Shown: one piece after another, positions 13,699-29,700 of the stretch
How the letters are laid out: each line of letters begins with the position of its first letter
Numbering within the stretch: the first letter of the stretch is position 1
NCBI GenBank assembly: GCA_010909165.1
Contig: MU008153.1
Span: 558,001-622,000, forward strand
Length of the DNA: 64,000 bases
Direction: 5' to 3'
From: Anthoceros angustus
Lineage: Eukaryota > Plantae > Anthocerotophyta
Made by a program: the position numbers and the translations under genes
The notes under the pieces: model-generated
Told to the model about the DNA's origin: nothing
The model's input: only the letters and a program-made list of their open reading frames with translations
Database searches by the model: none

Positions 13699-14576
13699 TC
13701 GCTTGACTGTCTTGAGAGACTTAAAGTATATATTCAACATGGTACGATACCGTGGGGCTGTCCCACAATACGCGCTGCCAGGAGACGTTATTTCATGTCC
13801 CTTGCGACTTCAATGCCAGCAGCACACACCAGTGGGCTGCTCAGTCTGAAATCCTCCATATCAAATGCCTACGTGCATAGTACGTAGCAGGTTGTTAGCT
13901 CAACACAAGAAACGCTTGTTTGCATCAAGAGACATTCCACATGCACACTCATTTCAAGAGCACACCTAGCTGCTGCTGCTCGCACAACAGTCATTCATTA
14001 TCACGGTTAGCGATAGGTACCAGAAAGCATCATGAGAGAGCAATGGGTAGTGCCCAACGCCTTGCATTCAGTGCAAAGCGGGACGTCCCGACCCGCGTCT
14101 GCTAAAATCTACCCTCGTAATATGTACATACATAGCTACTGACGTTCAATAGTTCGATAAACTTGAACTTGACGACCGCCCAAATCCCGAGGTGGCTGGT
14201 CTCTCAACAAAATCCCGTCCCAGACGACTCGCAAAGTTCGTCCATGGACTATAATATACTTCTTCTTCTTTTTTCTCTTTTAATCTGCGAGGCCGCCATT
14301 GAGGCGTGTTGACAGTCACCCAGAAATCCTTTTTCTCAACAGCACTAGGTACTCATGTATTAGGCAGTAGTACATCAGAATATGTACGAAGGCCCGGCTG
14401 TGTGGCCGATGCCGGGCTGGTTCCATTGCGGCGGGCCTGGATCACGAAGCGTGCGGGAAAGTAAAGGCCGAGCGTCATTACTTCCCGCCGCCGCCGGAAC
14501 CCCCGTTTATAACTTCATAACGGGGGTGCTGACTGCTGAGTCCCCCCGAGTCTTGTGAAGCTGTGTGAGCGGAAGC

Positions 14577-14678
14577 ATTCTGGTTCCAGGCCGAGCCATT
14601 CCGGTTTCAGACCACAGAAATTCTGGTTACAGCTCAGAGCCATTCTGGTTTCAGCGCAGAGCAATTCTGGTTTCAGCC
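14577..14678 (+). repeat. Five ~22 bp tandem units directly abutting the TPR-SET start codon
   Basis: cattctggttccaggccgagc / cattccggtttcagaccacaga / aattctggttacagctcagagc / cattctggtttcagcgcagagc / aattctggtttcagcc-ATG. Confidence 0.8.
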
Positions 14679-17124
14679 ATGGGGAGTGTCGAGGATACCA
14701 TGAGGAGGTTGGGGGCGATGGGGATGGCGGGTGGCTCCAATCTGCGTGCCCAGACGGACAGGCAGAGTTTGCTTGCAGATTTCAGAGCTCACAGGGCATT
14801 CCATAAGAGTGCAGGCCTTCTACACATGAACCAGGTCAAGATTTCCAAGCTGGATGATCCACCTCCCCCGTCCAGAGCTGCTCTGTCCAGCCTCCGCCCC
14901 ATCCTGATCAGGTAGCTCCGTGGAATTGGATGGTTTCTTTGCATGCAAGCCTTGTGCTGGAGATTGTTTGCTTGATTCATAGATGCTTGATGGATGGATG
15001 GCATTGGATGCTTGTGGGTGGTGCAGCGAGCTGACAGCGGATACGAGGCACCAGGGACGGGTGCTGTATGGCAAGCTGATCGAGGACGCGTTCCGCATCT
15101 CTGCTGTGATGACAATTATGGAGGACGAGGCTGCGGGGGTCGCCATTCTGACAGTATATCGTGCGCTCAAGTCGAATGCTCATGAGCGGATGGTGGCCAA
15201 GCTTTTTCCCAAGGGCCAGAAGATTGCGGTAAAGGAACCGTATTTCAAGGTTGCCCAGGATGGGCGTCTGGTTGTGAGAGTGGACAATCCAGATGATTTA
15301 GTCCGTTTGGATGAGGACGTTGTGCATGTGGCTCGGTCCAGAGGGCAGGGCAACCAGGCAAGTACGAGAGAGGCGAGAGATGGGCGTGCGGGCTCTAGTG
15401 CAGAAGGCGTTTTGAGATCGATGGAGGAGCTGCGTGGTGAGGGAAGGAAGTGTTGTAAAGCTGGGGAGTGGGTGAAGGCTGTGCAGGTGTATGGCAGGCT
15501 GGTTTCTGTGGTAGAGGGGAGCGAGGAAGTGCATCGTGAGATGTTGAAGGAGGACTATGTCATTGCCTACTCCAACAGGGCGGAGGCTTGGCTGAGGCTG
15601 GAGAAGTATGAGGAGGCTCTGGGAGATGCTGTCAAGGCTTTGGAGCGAGATGCTGGTCATGTGAAGAGCATTGCGAGGAAAGTGAGGGCTCTGTGTGGGT
15701 TGGAGATCTTCCACGAGGCGTTGCTGCTGCTGCAGGAGGTGATGAGGGATGGAAGGCTAGATGGTCCCTCTCGGACGGAGCTGGACCGGATGCTCAGAGA
15801 TGCGGAGGAAGGGGACAAACAGCGCAGGTTGGGGAAGTATGATCTCAACGACTATTATTCCGGTGGTGGGCGAGTGGGTGCTCCGAAGTGCAGAGATTTT
15901 GTGGGGCCTGTGGAGATCAGGCTGGCCGAGCAAGAGGATGGGCCGATGGGTAGGGGCTTGTTTGTGATCAGTGGGGTGAAACCCGGGGATCTGCTTCTTG
16001 TGAGCAATCCGCTTGCTGTGGCAAAGGGCAGTAAGGGGCAGGCAGGCATTACTATGCCTACTCCAGACGGTACCAAGAAGACCATGTATACCATGATAGA
16101 CGAGGATGTGATAACGGAGCTGGTTGACGTGTGCAGGATGTTCCCTCGGTGTCTGAGGCAGTTGTACTCGCTCTCCGATGGTACGGAAAACTCCCGTTTA
16201 GAGGTGCCTCCTATGTCCTTGTTCTTGCCACCTGCAGATTCGAGCAACGTGATACCGCCAAGTGCTCCCGAGGAAGTGGTGGATATTGCCCGCATTCGGA
16301 GGATCAAGACTGTGAACTCCTTCTCGGGACAGGACAATGTAGATGCTTTGAGAAGCACTCGGTCTCGGATGACTTCAGCCTCGGGGTTGTGGGTGCTGCC
16401 TTCATTCATCAACCACTCCTGTCTGCCCAACGCTAGCTTGGCGTTTGTGGGAGATGTGATGTTCATACGAGCCGCCCACGACATCCAAAGCGGGGAGCAG
16501 ATCACCATATCCTACTGCGAGTTGCAACAGCCTTTGGAGAGCCGGAGGGCGTTTTTCAAAGCCCATTCAGGATTCGAGTGCAGGTGCCCTAGGTGCACGT
16601 TCGAGCAGGAAGTTTTTGACAGGTTCCCAGCGTTAATCGCACTCACACAGCAGTTTACTGACCTTCCACCCAGGGACAACTCTCACGATGAGGAGGCTAC
16701 TAAGAGGCTGACCGCTGCAGGTGCCAGAATTGCTGATCAGTTGGAGCGAATCCTTCAAAAGTTGCCAGAAGTCGATGCGCACCAAAAGGACTGGATCAGG
16801 CATTCGTATTTCAGGGCCTTCATGTGCGTGGCCTCGGAGCTTCTGAGGCGGGCAATGGAGAATGGGGAATGGAACCGTTGGGCGGAGCATCTGTACGCTG
16901 GGCTCAACATGATGTTTCGTATCCATGCCACTGAGGAAGTCCTTTCACAAGCTAGCGGTGCCCGCAGCATTATGCAGGACATGTACGAAGACTATCTTGA
17001 GATGTGGATGGCTAAGTGGACTCACCTGCTGAAGCACATCTGCACCGTCATCTATGGGCCTCTTAGCGAGGAGGCCACGAAAGCCGTTGTTGACAGACAC
17101 TCCCGGATAGGTATTACGCTCTAG
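14679..17124 (+). CDS. TPR + SET domain lysine methyltransferase-like protein (SMYD-like, no MYND finger); exons 14679-14911 and 15027-17124
   Basis: GT-AG intron 14912-15026 gives in-frame LRPILISELTADTRHQGR; TPR YSNRAEAWLRLEKYEEALGDAVKAL; SET motifs GRGLFV, NSF, GLWVLPSFINHSCLPN, GEQITISY; post-SET FECRCPRC. Confidence 0.9.
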
Positions 17125-18790
17125 TTTGTGCGAAGTCTTTTGACTTGATCCTAAAACGGAGGGAAGGTGCCACCCGAGCCATGGGATGCTGGGGTGGCAA
17201 CCTTGGACAGTCCACTTGTTTGAGGATAACATCGGTTTGCGTGCTTGTACAGCACAGACGTATGGCCGAAGGTTTCGACCTCTGCCATGGGGATCCCTGT
17301 CTTCCTTTGTCCTGTACTGGAACTGATCTCAACGTTTTCTCTTAATTATCTCAGGAAAGCGGCATTTGGCAGCTTTTTCTGTTGTTGTTTTGTCAAATCC
17401 GGCTAGTGCAACCTCACAATGTCCCGGCCATAAGGCCTGCTCTTTTCAACTTGGTCTCGAGGTTTCATCCCTCAATGTTGCTTATGGTAAATCACCCTCC
17501 TGCTTGTGCATCTTTTCAAGTGCCCTTCTAACATCCCCTGCTGCTTTCTGCATCTCGGTCTCAAGTGCTCTTCCAACATCCCCTGCTGGCAGTGGCTACC
17601 CAAACTATCCCGGATCATGCGTTTCCCACGAATGGAATAATCGATTACTCCTTTGAGGAGCTTAGAGTTCTAGCAGGTGTCCCCTGTCACTGTTTGGGAA
17701 AGGGTCTTGGAGAATCTCCTTCTCACTCAAATCTTGCGGCGTCACTGTTGTTGGGTTGTAGATCATTGATGCTATGCGCACCCCACAGACCTGCTTCCAT
17801 TTAGTGTGCGCAATGTAAGGTGTAAGTTTGTATTCGGACGCGTCAGGGAATGTATAACAAACAATGTGGTGTCCAGTATCACCGATGTTGGGCAGAGTGG
17901 ATAGAGTACAACAGGATTGGCTGAGAGACTGATCCCCGGCTGCAGTCCGTACTGCCGGTAATGCTACATAATCCACTGGTTCTTCTTCTTCTTCACTGGT
18001 TTTGGTAGAGTGACCTGCACCAACCAAATAGCCAACAATCTCTTGCTTGTTAGAGATCATCGATGTTGGTAAGGATAGCACAGTCTCATTCTCATGCTCT
18101 GTCAGATCCCTGGCAAAATTTTCTGCGGATTCTGTCCTTTCCCGCTCTCCCTTGCCTTCCCTGCCACCTGTTAGAGACATTGTCCTCGGGATGCTGGAGT
18201 CCGCATGTGAAACTATATTCGAACGTCTCCAAGCACTGTCGCTCCATTCGTTTCTATGCCTGTTACCCAGATATATGCATCAATGCTCCCCACTCCCCAG
18301 ATCGCGCTGGAGGAATCCGATCTGGGACCAAGGAGCACTCCTTGTGGATGGGCACTTTCCGTGGTATTCACAGTAACGACGCCAGCTTTCAACAAAAATC
18401 TTCACGGCTCCAAAGGTATAAAGTGGACTCAAAAGGGGACACGAGAACAAGACCAGACCCGGCAAACGAGCCAGATGCACAAAACAGTTCACGTTTGGAC
18501 GTTTGCTGTCTTCTGGGATTCGGGAAGCCCCCTTCACGACAGAGCATAGATTTGTAGACCCTGTTAAGTACAGTAAGCTGGATGCATATCCAGCAAACAC
18601 GAGCAGCAGCGTGAGCACCAAGATCCACCTCTCTACATGCCAGTCGCCCTTCAGAAGCTTCCATTGGGCTAAAGCACACAGGCCTTCGGTCAAAACAATG
18701 CTGCCCACACTCAGATCTAGGTTCCCATCCAAGTTTTCTCCTGGACTAAAGTCTTGTCTCTCGTTGCTCTTTGCCAGCTCTGGGTAACAG

Positions 18791-21259
18791 CTACAGCGTT
18801 GATTCTGTAACCTGTCGTGCAAGGAGACAGCAAACGTCCTAACGTGACGTTATGCTCATATCATCACATGGTTATCTGGCGGCGGGTATGCCGCTCTGTT
18901 CTTCTTCTTGTCCGCACTTTCAAGTACACTTGACATCGGATGTAGCCATCAAGAGTTTTGAAACCTGGCATAACAGTGAACTCCACTGAAGGACAAAAGA
19001 CGTGCTCATCCCCCATGGACTCTCCGTCATCTCCAGCATCCGACTCCACCAACTCCATGTACTCCGGGGAATAATCTTGATACTGTGATGCATGTATCAA
19101 GGTAGCACAGGGTTCGAAGGAAAGTGCAAGAAGGTGGAGACGCCACACACCTATTGCAGCCTCCAAGAAGGTGTTCACCAAGTCCCCCGACCATTTAGAA
19201 ACCCACTTCACTTCTTCCTGAAACAGCTTGAACTTGGCCTGGCAGAAGCAGTGGAACGACTTGTCTGAACTAGGATGCCTGTCATTGATGACGTCTTGGG
19301 GGTTCGCTTCTGCTACCCTCTGGTATGCTTCCCAGCAATCCTTCACACTGACCTGCCAGCCTGATTTGTCAGACTTCCCATCGTGTGTTGGCGGAGGAAC
19401 ACCATAAAAAGGCTCATCAAAGTCTGAGAAAAAGGCACCCGCAATGCACGACTCTAGACCATATTTGGCATGAGAAGCCTTCACGAAGCGGACTCGGGGC
19501 AACAGCTCCTTCACTATCCCACACATTGAATCAGGATCTTGGTCTTCCACCAAGGACTCCGTGAAGGCAAAAATGGCTTGTCTTGTCTTCCGAGTGACTT
19601 TCTCAAGGATCACACTATTCAAAGACGGGACAACACCGATGCTACTCTTGGAACTTGATGTGGGGCTCGGCTGCCAGGCTAACAAACTTGGTGGGTCCAT
19701 GGGACTGAGGAGTTCCTGGTTGTCGTCATACTCCGGATCAGGGACAACAAGCCTCGTAGCACAGTCCACAGACTCAGCACACTTGGGCACATATTCCCAC
19801 GTCGCATCGACATCCCCGTTGGAGCGGCAAAATCTTGGCATCTGCTCATTGTCCACAGATACCGAGGCCCGCTTTTCAAGCTGCTGCAATTGACTAGCAA
19901 TGGTGCGCATCATATCCTGCACGCTCTCCTGCATGCTCTTCATCCTCTCCTCTTGACCTTGAGCCATCTTCCTGTACTCAGCTTCCATTGCCGCAGCCAC
20001 AGTTGAATCAGCGTGCCTCAGAGAACAAGACCTGCAAGAGTGCTCCTGCTGGTCCAGCTCCGAGTGTGACCTCATAGTTTGTGGGGACTTCATAAGTCTG
20101 GCCGGGGAACTCTTCAGTCTCCTCATGAAGTTGCCAAGCACGGACCTCGACATGCTGCCACCATGTGGGTGCTGGAGGCCTACCTCCCGCACCACTTGTT
20201 CCCGGTAAGGATATGGAGAAGCCTGAGAATCTACAACGCGGCAAGTACCACACAACCAGCCTCCGGAGTCCACCACAACTGTCTCGTTCACCACTCCGCC
20301 CTGATGCCTGCTGGGTGCAGCTGCAGGTGGCATAACATCGGATGTCACCTTGTTATGTCCCACAGGCTCCCCATTCGCATTCCTCGACCTCTCACGAGGC
20401 TCCCTGACCTTGTCCTTCCTCTGGCCAGGGGGCATGGAAATCCCATGCTCCACAGGTGCTGCTTTGCGGATTCCATTCTTGACCCCATCCGGAATTCTTC
20501 TACCAGCCTGTCCCGAACCTTCCCTCAAAGGTTTTGCACGGATCAGCTTCTTCCTGGCCTGTTGATCACTCCTGGGCGAACTTCCCGACGAAACCTGAAG
20601 GCAACGGCACCAGGTGAGGCATAGTTCTTGCTTCCAAAGAGAGACAAAGCAGAAAACAGTGATCAGCATGCACCAGATACGTACATCCACACTTACGAGC
20701 CTTATACTACTAGCAATCAGAAACACACATTCAAAGGAGTGAAGAAATCACTGGAGAAGAGGTCACTCACGCTGCTTTCTTGCCTTGATGCTGAGCTTTC
20801 ACTGCTTGCTGCAGCTGGGACACCGGGCAAGGAATTCGAATTGAAAATTCTGGATGTCTTGGGCCCCTTGCCTGCCTCCCTGAAGTTGGCATTCAGCCCA
20901 TGCCCAATGGGATGATCCAAGTTAGCAGCTTCTGGTAGGCGGTCCATTCGAGAAACCCCCGTGTGCAACTCCCTCAACGACAAGGAGCTGCTGCGATCCG
21001 AAGGAGCAGGAGAGAAGCATTCCGAAGGAGATCGTCGAGGCAGAGAGAACTTGGACATGGCCTCCAACAGCGAAGCAGTGTTCCTGTTAGCGTGAACAGC
21101 TGGCGATCTCCGCAGCTTCTCCCTCAGTTCCGCTAACTCATGGGAGATTCCAGCCACGATCTCCTTTGGGCTGCCGGGCAAGACCTTCCCTGCCTGAAAA
21201 ACTTCAGACTTGGGCTTGCTACGTAAGTCCTCATTCGGATCCCTCGCCCGCCCCATCAT
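18791..21259 (-). CDS. GIL1/IRK-interacting-protein-like (DUF641-associated C-terminal domain); exons 21259-20771, 20594-18918 and probably 18811-18791 (unspliced alternative stops at 18864)
   Basis: C-terminal AAIGVWRLHLLALSFEP...YSPEYMELV...VEFTVMPGFKTLDGYIRCQVYL matches the GIL1/IRKI family pattern; coiled coil before it; phase-0 GTGAGT..CAG intron joins ...RQESS to VSSG... Confidence 0.8.
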
Positions 21260-22174
21260 CCACACACACAAACACACACAAATCTCCAACTGCCCACCAA
21301 ACTTTGATCAGGAAGGGATCAGGTGGCAACTTACAGATGCTATCAGTCAGGTGTCTTTGAGCAGGGACGGGAGGCGACTTTCTTCACATCCGAGAAATTC
21401 AGGGACGGAAATGTCTGCAAACCAGCCTAGTCTAGACTACAAATGAAGGAAGGGAAATCAAGCATCCGTCCGCCAGTATGCCAGCCGCCTTAACCAAAAT
21501 CTGCAGAGATTTTTTTTGCGGCGTCTACCAGGACATATATCAGCACACGCAGGTGGAACAGCTCAGGAAGAAAGAAATTCTATCTATAGTCAAGCAAGGG
21601 ATCAGGTCCGGACAGACAGAATCTCCGAGCTCGGGGACAACATTTCGGGCGGCAATAAATCACTGACACGACAAGACCCAAGAGAATCAGATAGGAAAGG
21701 GACTGTCCAGATTCAAACCCAGCGCTCTCTCACACGCACGCAGTACACACATCACACTCACGTACGTGGTGCGTGATGGCGGGATAAAAAGAGAGGGAAT
21801 GGTGAGCGGAGATTGGGGGCAAGACCGGGAGCCAAAAGGGGCCGCAGAATCGAGACGCTTGCAAGCTTGTGATGGAGGGATTCGAGGAGGCAGGAAGTGG
21901 AAGAAGAGACTGGGCGGTGAGCGACGGCATGCTGCAATTGGAGAGCTGGCAGCACTGTGTGAGATTCGGTGATTGTGGGTGCTCCGGCCTCCACCTTGCT
22001 TTCATGGGTGAGTAGGGGGGGAGTGAAGGGGAAGGTTGTGGGCTGGAAAGAACTAGAGGTGGTGAAGGTGGAGGCCTGGCACGAGGCGGTGGGAGCCTGC
22101 GGGTGCGCGATGCACACCACCAGCTAGCCGCGCATGGCGCCGGAAGAGACGAGATGGAGTCGAGAGTCGAGTGA

Positions 22175-22294
22175 CGGAACGGGGACTGGGCAATGGGGAA
22201 CGGGGAACGGGGAACGGGGAACGAGGAACGGGGAACGGGGAACGGGGAACGAGGAACGGGGAACGGGGAACGAGGAACGGGGAACGGGGAACGG
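22175..22294 (+). repeat. 7 bp minisatellite (GGGGAAC/GAGGAAC)n upstream of the GIL1-like gene
   Basis: About 14 consecutive units from ~22195 to ~22291. Confidence 0.95.
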
Positions 22295-22629
22295 GCCGCC
22301 CTTACCGTAATCCATGTTTTTGTTACCGTCAATTGCGCAGGGGACACATCGTGTACGTAGTTCCGTTGGCGGAGCCGTGCCAGTTCATCCTTAGAAGAAG
22401 AAGAATTTTATTTAAAGTCTACTAAGGACGGATTTTCGTCAATATGATAATTACATAGATTGTGGTAAAATAGTCTAAACTAATATAAAGGTAAAATTTA
22501 AGTAAGACAAATAATTTTAATCAATCAACAGTGTTAATAAAACTACGTGAATGGGGGCTTAATACCACTAATTCATCACCACGAAAGAAAGCCACTTGAC
22601 CTGGATGTTTGCGGCTGGTGACGAGGTCT

Positions 22630-22840
22630 GAGAGCTGGCCCACGTTCACCAGGTAGTGCAACTGGTAGGGAGCGCATATTGGTTAAGACTTTTCACTCCA
22701 TGGATGATCGCCTCCAGGTTATGAAGGCTAGGTCTATATTATGGACAACTCAGTTATAGATCAATGAGGATCTTACACCATTGCAAAGGAAGACTAAGAA
22801 GGAGAAGTTACTCGCTTTCAGAGCAACTCATGCTGACATG
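22630..22840 (+). pseudogene. LINE ORF1-like (RRM/C-terminal domain) fragment
   Basis: Translates RAGPRSPGSATGRERILVKTFHSMDDRLQVMKARSILWTTQL*INEDLTPLQRKTKKEKL, matching the R..ILV.F....R..V......L.....INEDLT pattern; internal stop. Confidence 0.6.
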
Positions 22841-22999
22841 CCTATCTTCTCTTATGAGCAAAGGCTATAAATATAAAACCTTGAAGAGTAGCACGTGCCT
22901 ATCTACTATTATGAGCTAAGGATACAAAACTGAAGAGCTATGCCAACAAAATTGTGATAGCCACATCCTGTTCACTTAATTCTAATGTTGACCTCCACA

Positions 23000-24050
23000 T
23001 ATCTTCAGATTCCAAAATATTTTCTTTTTGCTTGTCCTCGGTCTTTCATCAAACCACTACAATCGTTTTAATGTGTTAGGCCCTTCAAACTCCGGGAATG
23101 GTTACAACGGCTTTTTCGACTATAATTGTAGTTCCTTGTATTAGGCTACCAACTTTCTAACATGGTGCATGGCTTGTTCCACAATTACGGCAACATCAAA
23201 AGCCAGATCTTTGTACTCATAAGCTACTTCTGATGTCTCTTTACACCTTGCAACAATTGTGCTCAACCTTATTTCCCTTATTGTTTCGAAACTTGATTTA
23301 GGCGAAGGGTCTATCAATGGTTTGTCTGGAAGAACAATGTATGGATTGTTGTAGTTTTGCAACCGGAAGGACATAGCCAGGTCTGTTGTATTTGTCAGGT
23401 ATGAATTATATATCCATGCACTTTTTCGAGAAGCAACCATGCCATCTCTGTGAATACTAAAAAGTAGTTGCACGGGAACAACTTGCTTGCAAATGATACC
23501 TTTGAGACCCATGGGACACATATATGTAGTTCGTGGAGAGAAAGGATGGTCTATGACATACCATTCTCCATGCTAACTATTGGACAAGCTCTAGGCAGAA
23601 ACATGACATAGTTCAGAGTGCGACAAGATAATCGAACTGATAGGCATACCCTCAGCACCAGCGATTGTCGTTTCCTCCCAGCATTTCCTGCTTCTTGTTT
23701 TAGGTGTATGCACCTTCTTTCATACAATATTGATACCAGAAATGACCTGCAACAATGTTTAAAAGCTGGTGAAGCAGCCAATCCATTTGACTGCCCATTA
23801 GACTGGACTTGGAAACACATGCTCCATCTTCATATCTATGTGAAAGGCTTCAACTCCCAAAGTGGTATTCTGCTGAGCATGTGGGAGCATCCTTGCATGG
23901 TAAGACCACATCACTATTCCAAATCACACAACAAGCAATCTCCCATCCGTACGAGTGAAGATGGCAAAGATCACAAGATAGCCACATATGGTAGGCTACA
24001 ATGCGAGCTCGTATGTGTAGAAGCGATGGTAGCCTTTGTGCATAGAATGA
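23000..24050 (-). mobile_element. Degenerate Mutator-like (MULE) transposase with SWIM zinc finger
   Basis: Minus-strand fragments NTTLGVEAFHIDMK (cf. DTNxxIESYHxxLK), MDWLLHQLLNIVAGHFWYQ and YMCPMGLKGIICKQVV (SWIM-like), interrupted by stops and frameshifts. Confidence 0.6.
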
Positions 24051-24885
24051 ACTCGGGAAGGCCATGGCCTGCCACGGCCGTGCGGTACGGCGAATGGCAG
24101 GCCTTAATGGCCTTCGGAGATCGATAGGAATGCCTATTTGCAAGTGCTTCGGCCCGTGCCCCATCTTGTGAGGGCGGGAGAGGAGACCGTGCCAAAGGAA
24201 AGGGGCATAAACAGAAGTATAAATAAATAAATAAACAGATGAACAAGTTGGGTGCGTGGCTGGAGAGAGCCCAAAGTAACGGAACAGGATTGCAGATCCC
24301 GTTCTAGCGGGATACAGGACACGCAGGGGAGACGTGATTTTGTATCAGGAACGTGCCAGCCGCGCAGACAGCGTGCGGCGGTAGCATGTGCGGCCTGTAA
24401 AGCGGCTCAATCGGACGATGCTGGGTTCGGATCCGGCTGGCGCGGGATCAGCCATGTCGGAACTGCAATCGCGCCCTTTAGCCTGCGGGTCAGCAGTCCG
24501 CGGCCCGACTCTCCATGTTTCCACTAAGAAATAAACTACATGTGCGATCATCTCGAAACCCTCCCGCTTCCTGGTCACCGGCTTCCACCCCGCGCTAGAA
24601 CGGCCCATTCAGCTAACGCGCCCACCGGTTCGTGGGCGGCGTAATTCACAGTGCACTGATATTCGTGTCCTACTGTATCTAGGTGTACCTACGGCGGGGA
24701 GGATGCACATTAAAAAAACAACTGCACGTGCTGCCAAGCGTGTGAGAAGCGACCCCTTGTCCCACCAGAATTGGAAAAGCCAAACTGCAAGTCAGAAAAT
24801 TCCGACAGCGTTGGAGAGCTCATCCCTGACAGTGGCAGTCTGGTTTCGCTGAGCAATATGGGGTAAATAAAATGTGTGTTATCTT

Positions 24886-28536
<3,651 letters not shown>

Positions 28537-28984
28537 GTGATGGGCAGCTCCATTTCGTGGGGTTGCTGGTGTTGCAATTGTTCCACGTGTTGGGGCCAGC
28601 GCCGGGCTCGGGTCTTGAACTCTGCCCATCCAACAGTGTCCATCCACTTGGAATTTGAAGGCAAGACACTTGGAATCCAGCCCTTTGCTCGCTCTTTGCG
28701 CCAGCTCTCCGCAAGTGAACTTGGGCCACGTTTCCTCTACATTCCTTCAGCCAGATACGGAGTGTTCAGAGTGAAGTATATATTCTGGAGGGACTAATTT
28801 AGAACCTTTTATAATGGGAGTTATTTCTTAAATTACTGCTGATTCTAGAACGGTTTTACATATTTGTGTTCCAGATTAGAATAGCATCGCTCGGGTCTCC
28901 AAGAAAGGAGAAAGTGAAGTCCAAATACCTCCATCCTGGGTGCCCTCGTCGCCGTTTGGAGCTCAGAAAACACTTGAACTAAAG

Positions 28985-29110
28985 TGAAATCTGTTACCTA
29001 CTTTAAACGTCCATGGACTTGAACCACTGTGAAACTCAAAATGAAATCTGCTACATACTTTAAAGGTCCATGGACTTGAACTATTGAAATTCACAGTGAT
29101 ATCTGTTACA
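28985..29110. repeat. ~56 bp direct repeat upstream of the GH31 gene
   Basis: tgaaatctg(t/c)tac(c/a)tactttaaa(c/g)gtccatggacttgaac twice plus a partial third copy. Confidence 0.75.
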
Positions 29111-29426
29111 GCCTTTGTCCAAGTCATGTCGTTTGTATTAGAATTATCTCACTACTATTACATGCCACCACATTCTCTCAAAATCTCAAACATAGTGGTA
29201 TCAAAGATGAACAATTCTGTAACGTAGTGGTATCCAATGTGAATGGGCTGTATTGTCTTTGTGATGAGGCCACCAATTCTCAAACATAGAGGTATGAGAT
29301 GTGAATGTGCTCTTCGTTTATCGAGTTTGAGATAAACGCTATTTATTAAGGAGTTTCATTCACAAAAGAGGAGATCACAACAGGAGCCATGTTCTTGGCC
29401 TAAGCTCGTTCCCAGTGAAGGCCTAA

Positions 29427-29700
29427 GTGCAAGGCAACCGCTTCACTGGGGACCTCACCCAATTGCTTGCCTCATCCACAGGAAATTTATATCTGATAGT
29501 TTTGGACTTGAACCACAACAATTTCAACATCAGATAAGTTCCTTGATCCACTTGATGTTCCTCAACGTGTCCAACTACAGATTATCGGGGGTCATTCCTG
29601 AAACACTACCTGTCAATCTCCGCGTACTGGATCAAGGCAACAACAATGTGGATGGAGGAATGCCGGCTGAGCTTTTCACAGATCTGCCGAGCTTGTGATA
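29427..29700 (+). pseudogene. Plant extracellular LRR (RLP/RLK-type) pseudogene fragment
   Basis: VQGNRFTGDLTQLL...LIVLDLNHNNF, frameshift, then ISSLIHLMFLNVSNYRLSGVIPETLPVNLRVLDQGNNNVDGGMPAELFTDLPSL* (LxxLxLxxNxLxGxIP consensus). Confidence 0.7.

Noticed and set aside
21730-22347. 205 aa ORF with SPFPVPR repeats
   Set aside because: Product of the 7 bp minisatellite
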